64,000 nt of DNA. Source: Arcobacteraceae bacterium (GTDB taxonomy: Bacteria > Campylobacterota > Campylobacteria > Campylobacterales > Arcobacteraceae). The number at the start of each line of letters is the position of its first letter. The stretch's first letter is position 1. The notes below the pieces were generated by a model, which worked only from the letters and a program-made list of their open reading frames with translations, did not search any database and was not told where the DNA came from. The DNA lies in assembly GCA_963662945.1 (NCBI GenBank), contig OY759974.1:320001-384000 (forward strand), given 5' to 3'. A program made the translations under genes and the position numbers. Of this stretch, positions 59,293 to 64,000 are shown in pieces.

Positions 59293-60110
59293 AAAAGCAC
59301 CTTATTTAAGATATATTTTGGTTCTAAATCTCGTATCTCTACTACTGCAAAAAAAGTATCAAATATTATTAAATATTCTCCATCTTCTTTCGTTTCAAAA
59401 TACTCAATACTAAGTTTTTTACCCAAATCAAACCACTCTTTTGTCCCTGTATAATTATTCAAAGGCAAGTCTAAATACTCTAAAGGATTTAAAGCTTTTT
59501 CATCATCAAAATAAAACTCTCCCTCATGAAGTCTTTCAAGATAAGATAATGTTCCAACTTCCCCTAATCTTTCAAGTAATATCTGAGCCATACTTCGTAT
59601 ATAACTCCCTTCACTTACAGTTATATCAAATGTTATAAAAGGATGACAGTAGTTTATAAACTTCACACCATATACTTCTGATGTGATTTTTTTCATATCA
59701 AACTCGACACCTTCACGAGCAAGACTATACGCTCTTTGCCCAGCTATCTTTTTTGCACTATATTTTGGTGGCAAGTATTCTAAAGTACCTTTTAAACTCT
59801 CTAATTTTTCTATAATTGTATCGTGAGTAAAGACCTTTGGATTTGGATTTGTAACTTCAACATTTTCTATATCTAAAGAGTTACTTTGAGCTCCAAGAAA
59901 AATAGTAGCACGATAAGATTTAGGTGTTTTTTTCAAATATCTGAAAAGCTTAGAGTATTGCCCAAAAGCAACTATCAAACATCCACAAGCAAAAGGATCT
60001 AAAGTTCCACTAAAGCCAGCTTTTTTTGTTTTATATTTTCGTTTTATTCTATTGAGATAAAAATTTGAACTAATAAATACAGGCTTTTTTACTACAAAAA
60101 GTCTATTCAA
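59289..60110 (-). CDS. truB: tRNA pseudouridine(55) synthase
   Basis: GFSGTLDPFA.G, PPKYSAKK..G.RAY..AR, SEGSYIRS. Confidence 0.94.
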   Translation of the reverse strand: MNRLFVVKKPVFISSNFYLNRIKRKYKTKKAGFSGTLDPFACGCLIVAFGQYSKLFRYLKKTPKSYRATIFLGAQSNSLDIENVEVTNPNPKVFTHDTIIEKLESLKGTLEYLPPKYSAKKIAGQRAYSLAREGVEFDMKKITSEVYGVKFINYCHPFITFDITVSEGSYIRSMAQILLERLGEVGTLSYLERLHEGEFYFDDEKALNPLEYLDLPLNNYTGTKEWFDLGKKLSIEYFETKEDGEYLIIFDTFFAVVEIRDLEPKYILNKVLL

Positions 60111-62147
60111 CTATATCTTCTCCACAAAGGATGATAATATATCTCGTCTGTTTCCACCAAAATTAATCTTCAGTTTCAAATCTTTTCCAGCTTTTTGAAC
60201 ACTTTCAACTCTACCCATCCCAAAAATTTTGTGTTTAACTAAATCATCTTTTTTATATGCACTATTTTTCTCAATTGTAAGACTACCTTTGATGAGATCT
60301 GATTCTGTAAGAAATCTACTTTTTGTCAGCTGTGTTCTTCTTCCCTTATAAAATCTGCTATGAACAAAACTCATAGTTAAATTATCTTTTGCACGAGTAA
60401 TAGCAACATATCCAAGTCGCCTTTCCTCTTCAATATCACTTCCATCTCCAACAATTGGAAAGAATCCCTCTTCCATACCAACAATAAAAAGATGTTTGAA
60501 CTCTAATCCCTTACTTGCATGTATACTCATTAACGAGATATACTCCTCATTGATAGTATCAGCTGCACTTTCGAGTGAAATTTCATTTAAAAAGTCTTCT
60601 AAATTTAAGTCCATATTTTGAATAAAAAAGTCTCGTAAATATCCATAGAACTCATCTATATTTGCAAGTCTATCATCTGCATCTATAACTTTTGCATAGG
60701 TTGATTTAAAATCAAAAGTATCTTCAAAAAGATCGATAAATCTCATCTTTGCTTCAGCTAAAGTATCTTGTAAGTCTTCAACAGAAGCCATAAATACTTT
60801 GAGAGTTCTACTGTTTTTCTTTCCTACAATTGCACCTAATTCATCAGGTGTATATTCTTTAATAATACTAAACATTGATTTAGCTTTACTATGTGATTCT
60901 AATTCAAGTTTATCAATGGTTGTTTTCCCTATACCACGCTTAGGTTTATTGATAATTCGTTTTATGGAAAAGTTGTCATTAGAGTTTGTGATAATTCTAA
61001 AATAAGCAATAAGATCTTTTATCTCTGCTCTTTCATAGAACTTCACTCCACCTACAAGTTTATAGTTAATATTTGAACGAATTAATCCCTCTTCCAAAGC
61101 TCTACTGAGTGCATTTACACGAAATAATACAGCTATATCTTTTGGAGATTCTCCACTTTCAATAAGTTTTTTTATATCATCTACTATTTTTCTAGTTTCA
61201 TCATTTTCATCATTTGATTCATAAATTCGTATAGAACTACCTTCACCTCTTGTTCCTACAAGTTTTTTACCAAGTCTATCTCGGTTATGTTCAATTAAGG
61301 CATTTGCATGAAAAAGTATTTTATTTGTTGAACGATAGTTTTCTTCTAGTTTGATTACAACTGTATCATTAAAAGTATCACTAAATGTAAGGATATTTTT
61401 AATTGTTGCACCTCTCCATCCATAAATTGATTGGTCATCATCTCCTACAACACAAATATTGTTATGTTCACTACAGAGTTTTTTTAAGAGTTTATATTGA
61501 AGTTCATTTGTATCTTGATACTCATCAACCATAATATATCTATATCGTTCACTTGTTTCTTTTGCTAATTGAGGGTTTTTTTGAAGTATTTTGTATGTTA
61601 AAAGTAATAAATCATCAAAATCCACAAGATTATTTTGCTCAAGATAGTTTTCATATTTTTCATATACATCTGCAATTTGTTTATAATTTCTATCTTGTGC
61701 TGCAGCTTTTGCCTCATCAACACTTACCACTGAGTTTTTAAACTTTGATATTTCTGCTGCTAAAACTGCTGTGGTTGTTTCTTTATCTATTGTTTTAAGT
61801 ATTCGTTTTTTATCATCACTATCTATAATCACAAAATTGTTTTTTCTATTTAATTGTGTAATATTAAACTTTAAAAACAATAATCCAAATTTATGGAAAG
61901 TACAAAGTAACGGGGGATAAGAAACATTATCAATAAGTGAAAATGCTCTCTCTCGCATTTCTGTTGCTGCTTTGTTGGTAAAAGTAAGTGTAAGAATTGA
62001 AGCTGGGTCTATACCTATAGAGATAAGGTAAGCAAGTCTTGTGGTGATGGTTTTTGTCTTACCACTACCAGCTCCTGCTAGTATAAGTAAAGGACCATCT
62101 ATATGCTGGGCCGCAATCTTCTGCGATTCATTTAACGTCGATAACAT
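60111..62147 (-). CDS. uvrD: UvrD/PcrA/Rep family DNA helicase
   Basis: LAGAGSGKT, TFTNKAA, VDEYQDTN, VGDDDQSIYGWRGA, SKGLEF, EERRL.YVAITRA. Confidence 0.9.
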   Translation of the reverse strand: MLSTLNESQKIAAQHIDGPLLILAGAGSGKTKTITTRLAYLISIGIDPASILTLTFTNKAATEMRERAFSLIDNVSYPPLLCTFHKFGLLFLKFNITQLNRKNNFVIIDSDDKKRILKTIDKETTTAVLAAEISKFKNSVVSVDEAKAAAQDRNYKQIADVYEKYENYLEQNNLVDFDDLLLLTYKILQKNPQLAKETSERYRYIMVDEYQDTNELQYKLLKKLCSEHNNICVVGDDDQSIYGWRGATIKNILTFSDTFNDTVVIKLEENYRSTNKILFHANALIEHNRDRLGKKLVGTRGEGSSIRIYESNDENDETRKIVDDIKKLIESGESPKDIAVLFRVNALSRALEEGLIRSNINYKLVGGVKFYERAEIKDLIAYFRIITNSNDNFSIKRIINKPKRGIGKTTIDKLELESHSKAKSMFSIIKEYTPDELGAIVGKKNSRTLKVFMASVEDLQDTLAEAKMRFIDLFEDTFDFKSTYAKVIDADDRLANIDEFYGYLRDFFIQNMDLNLEDFLNEISLESAADTINEEYISLMSIHASKGLEFKHLFIVGMEEGFFPIVGDGSDIEEERRLGYVAITRAKDNLTMSFVHSRFYKGRRTQLTKSRFLTESDLIKGSLTIEKNSAYKKDDLVKHKIFGMGRVESVQKAGKDLKLKINFGGNRRDILSSFVEKI

Positions 62148-62311
62148 AATACTTCTTTCATCTAATATACTATAATTATATCATAAAAAGATAAAAACCA
62201 TCTCCATACAAACTATTTTATATATTTTATATTAGTTTTAGTAATAATTAATTTTTATTTATATTATTTTATGTTATCATTGTTATTATAAAAACTTAAA
62301 AGGTATATTTT

Positions 62312-63211
62312 ATGTTATCTGATTTTACGAAATTAAATACATTTTTAACTGTAGTTAAAGAGAAGTCATTCTCAAAAGCTTCAGCAAAACTTGGTATTTC
62401 ACAGCCGGCTGTTACTCAGCAAATGAGGTTTCTTGAAAATTATTTGGATGCACCAATTGTTGATAGAAAGAAAAATGGAATAAGACTTACTAAAGAAGGT
62501 GAGAAGCTTTACCAAATAGCACAAAAGATAGAAAAAGTAATTATCAATAGTGAAAAAGAACTCTTAAAAATAATCAATAAAGATATTACATTTGTTTTCG
62601 GTGCATCTAATGCTATAGGGAACTATATCCTTCCAACATTTTTAAATGAAATTAAACAAAAAATTAATAATGATGTAAGTGTAACAGTTTCAAATAGTGC
62701 TGAAGCAATTGAAAAATTGAAAGATAAAAAGATTGATATGGCACTAATAGAGTCACCTATTTTTGAAGATGGTATTATCTATAGAGAGTGGCTAGAAGAT
62801 GAGATCGTAATATTTTCAAATCAAAAGCTTCCAAGAAGAGTAAAAAATGAAGATTTACAATCATATAAATGGGTATGTAGAGATCCAAACTCACATACAA
62901 GAGGAGTATTTAAAGAGGCTTTAGAACAATCTGGTTTCCAAGATTGTGATACTTTTAAAATTGTAAGTGAAGCTTCATCACCTACAGCTATAGTACAAAC
63001 TGTACTACATAGTTCAAAAGATGATACACCAACGACATCTATAGTATCTACACATGCTATTTCTGATTTTGTAAAAAATGAGATTTTATTTGAAGCAAGA
63101 TTACCAGATATCAAAATGAAAAGAAAGCTTTATATTGCATATCTAAAAGAGAGAAAACACGATGCATTTGTTGATACTGTTATCAACTATCTTATGACTA
63201 TAAAAAAATAA
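62312..63211 (+). CDS. LysR family transcriptional regulator (CysL-like)
   Basis: SFSKAS.KLGISQPAVTQQ HTH; GASNAIGNYILP. Confidence 0.9.
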   Translation: MLSDFTKLNTFLTVVKEKSFSKASAKLGISQPAVTQQMRFLENYLDAPIVDRKKNGIRLTKEGEKLYQIAQKIEKVIINSEKELLKIINKDITFVFGASNAIGNYILPTFLNEIKQKINNDVSVTVSNSAEAIEKLKDKKIDMALIESPIFEDGIIYREWLEDEIVIFSNQKLPRRVKNEDLQSYKWVCRDPNSHTRGVFKEALEQSGFQDCDTFKIVSEASSPTAIVQTVLHSSKDDTPTTSIVSTHAISDFVKNEILFEARLPDIKMKRKLYIAYLKERKHDAFVDTVINYLMTIKK

Positions 63212-63230
63212 TTTATAGAAACTGGCAAAG

Positions 63231-63265
63231 AAAAAGGGGAAGCTTAAATAAGCTTCCCCTTTTTT
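63231..63265. terminator. bidirectional intrinsic terminator
   Basis: AAAAAGGGGAAGCTT-loop-AAGCTTCCCCTTTTT between convergent lysR and rny. Confidence 0.88.
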
Positions 63266-63266
63266 A

Positions 63267-64000
63267 TTACCGTGCGTATCCAACAGAACGAATTTCACGA
63301 ATGACATTAACTTTTATTTCCCCAGGATATTGTACTTTCTCCTCTATCTCTTGTGCAATTTCTGTTGCTAAGAGTACAGATTCATCATCATTTACTAAAG
63401 TAGCATTTACTATAACTCTTAGCTCTCTACCTGCATTTATAGCATAAGTTTTAATAACACCCTCTTTACTATTTGCAATTGCTTCTATCTCTTCAACCCG
63501 TTTTAAAAAGCTTTCTAATACTTCTCTTCTAGCACCTGGTCTTGCAGCACTTAAAGCATCTGCAGCACATACAGCAGCTGCTTCTATACTAGATGCTTCT
63601 TCATGACCATGGTGCGCATAAATAGCATTAATAACCTCTTCTGGTTCACCTAATTTTTTACATAAATCAGCACCAATATCTACATGACTACCTGGCATAT
63701 CATGGGTTAATGCTTTTCCAATATCATGTAATAATCCAGCCCGTCTTGCAAGGATTGTATCTCCTCCAAGCTGAGAAGCAATAAGTCCAGCTAAATTTGC
63801 TACTTCAAGAGTATGAGCTAGTGCATTTTGTCCATAACTTGCTCTGTATCGTAAACGCCCTATAAGATGTATGAGATCTTTATGCATATTTGTGATACCT
63901 AAAGCTAAAACAGTATCTTCACCCTCTTTTGTTATATTACTATCAAATTCATTTTTAACACTGTTGTAAACTTCTTCAATTCTAGCAGGATGGATTCTTC
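63267..64000 (-). CDS. rny: ribonuclease Y, 3' part only (start beyond window)
   Basis: RASYGQNAL.H, AGLLHDIGK, ADALSAARPGAR, AGRELRV, YPGEIKV.VIRE; frame stays open to the window edge. Confidence 0.93.
   Translation of the reverse strand, partial: RIHPARIEEVYNSVKNEFDSNITKEGEDTVLALGITNMHKDLIHLIGRLRYRASYGQNALAHTLEVANLAGLIASQLGGDTILARRAGLLHDIGKALTHDMPGSHVDIGADLCKKLGEPEEVINAIYAHHGHEEASSIEAAAVCAADALSAARPGARREVLESFLKRVEEIEAIANSKEGVIKTYAINAGRELRVIVNATLVNDDESVLLATEIAQEIEEKVQYPGEIKVNVIREIRSVGYAR

Noticed and set aside
1140-63114. Many short ORFs in the track antisense to long genes (e.g. 1953-2183, 19427-19783, 28639-29067, 38798-39235, 47245-47634, 54003-54443)
   Set aside because: Shadow frames of well-supported genes; Ser/Phe/Ile-biased, no recognisable motifs

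Overview
AT-rich chromosomal window from a Campylobacterota bacterium. Arcobacteraceae-like origin is an inference from the gene orders rodA/rluD-fn3-trmB-ftsEX-envC and uvrD-truB-ispE-smpB. It holds about 60 CDSs, mostly on the minus strand, and tRNA-Val(GAC). Five blocks: (1) 0.4-16 kb, a stress/redox and cofactor region whose eight promoters share one undescribed box at a fixed distance from -10, ending in a CrtI-like oxidoreductase-LytS-LytTR operon. (2) 17.2-26.7 kb, a copper locus joining a Cys-rich RiPP precursor, a DUF692 (MNIO) enzyme, its partner and a two-component system to a CrdA/TolC/CusB/CusA efflux operon; both promoters carry the same direct-repeat core. (3) Housekeeping cell-division and RNA-modification genes. 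(4) 33.9-46.1 kb, a block between rluD and rodA with two paralogous two-component systems, an ABC/degenerate heme-copper-oxidase operon and a structured RNA with an anti-SD loop. (5) 51-58.5 kb, a defence islet between smpB and ispE: type I R-M, an unannotated ~135-nt multi-hairpin RNA, an antitoxin-less PemK/MazF-like gene and radC. No CRISPR array, rRNA or transposase was seen. All family calls come from motif recognition by eye, not database searches.
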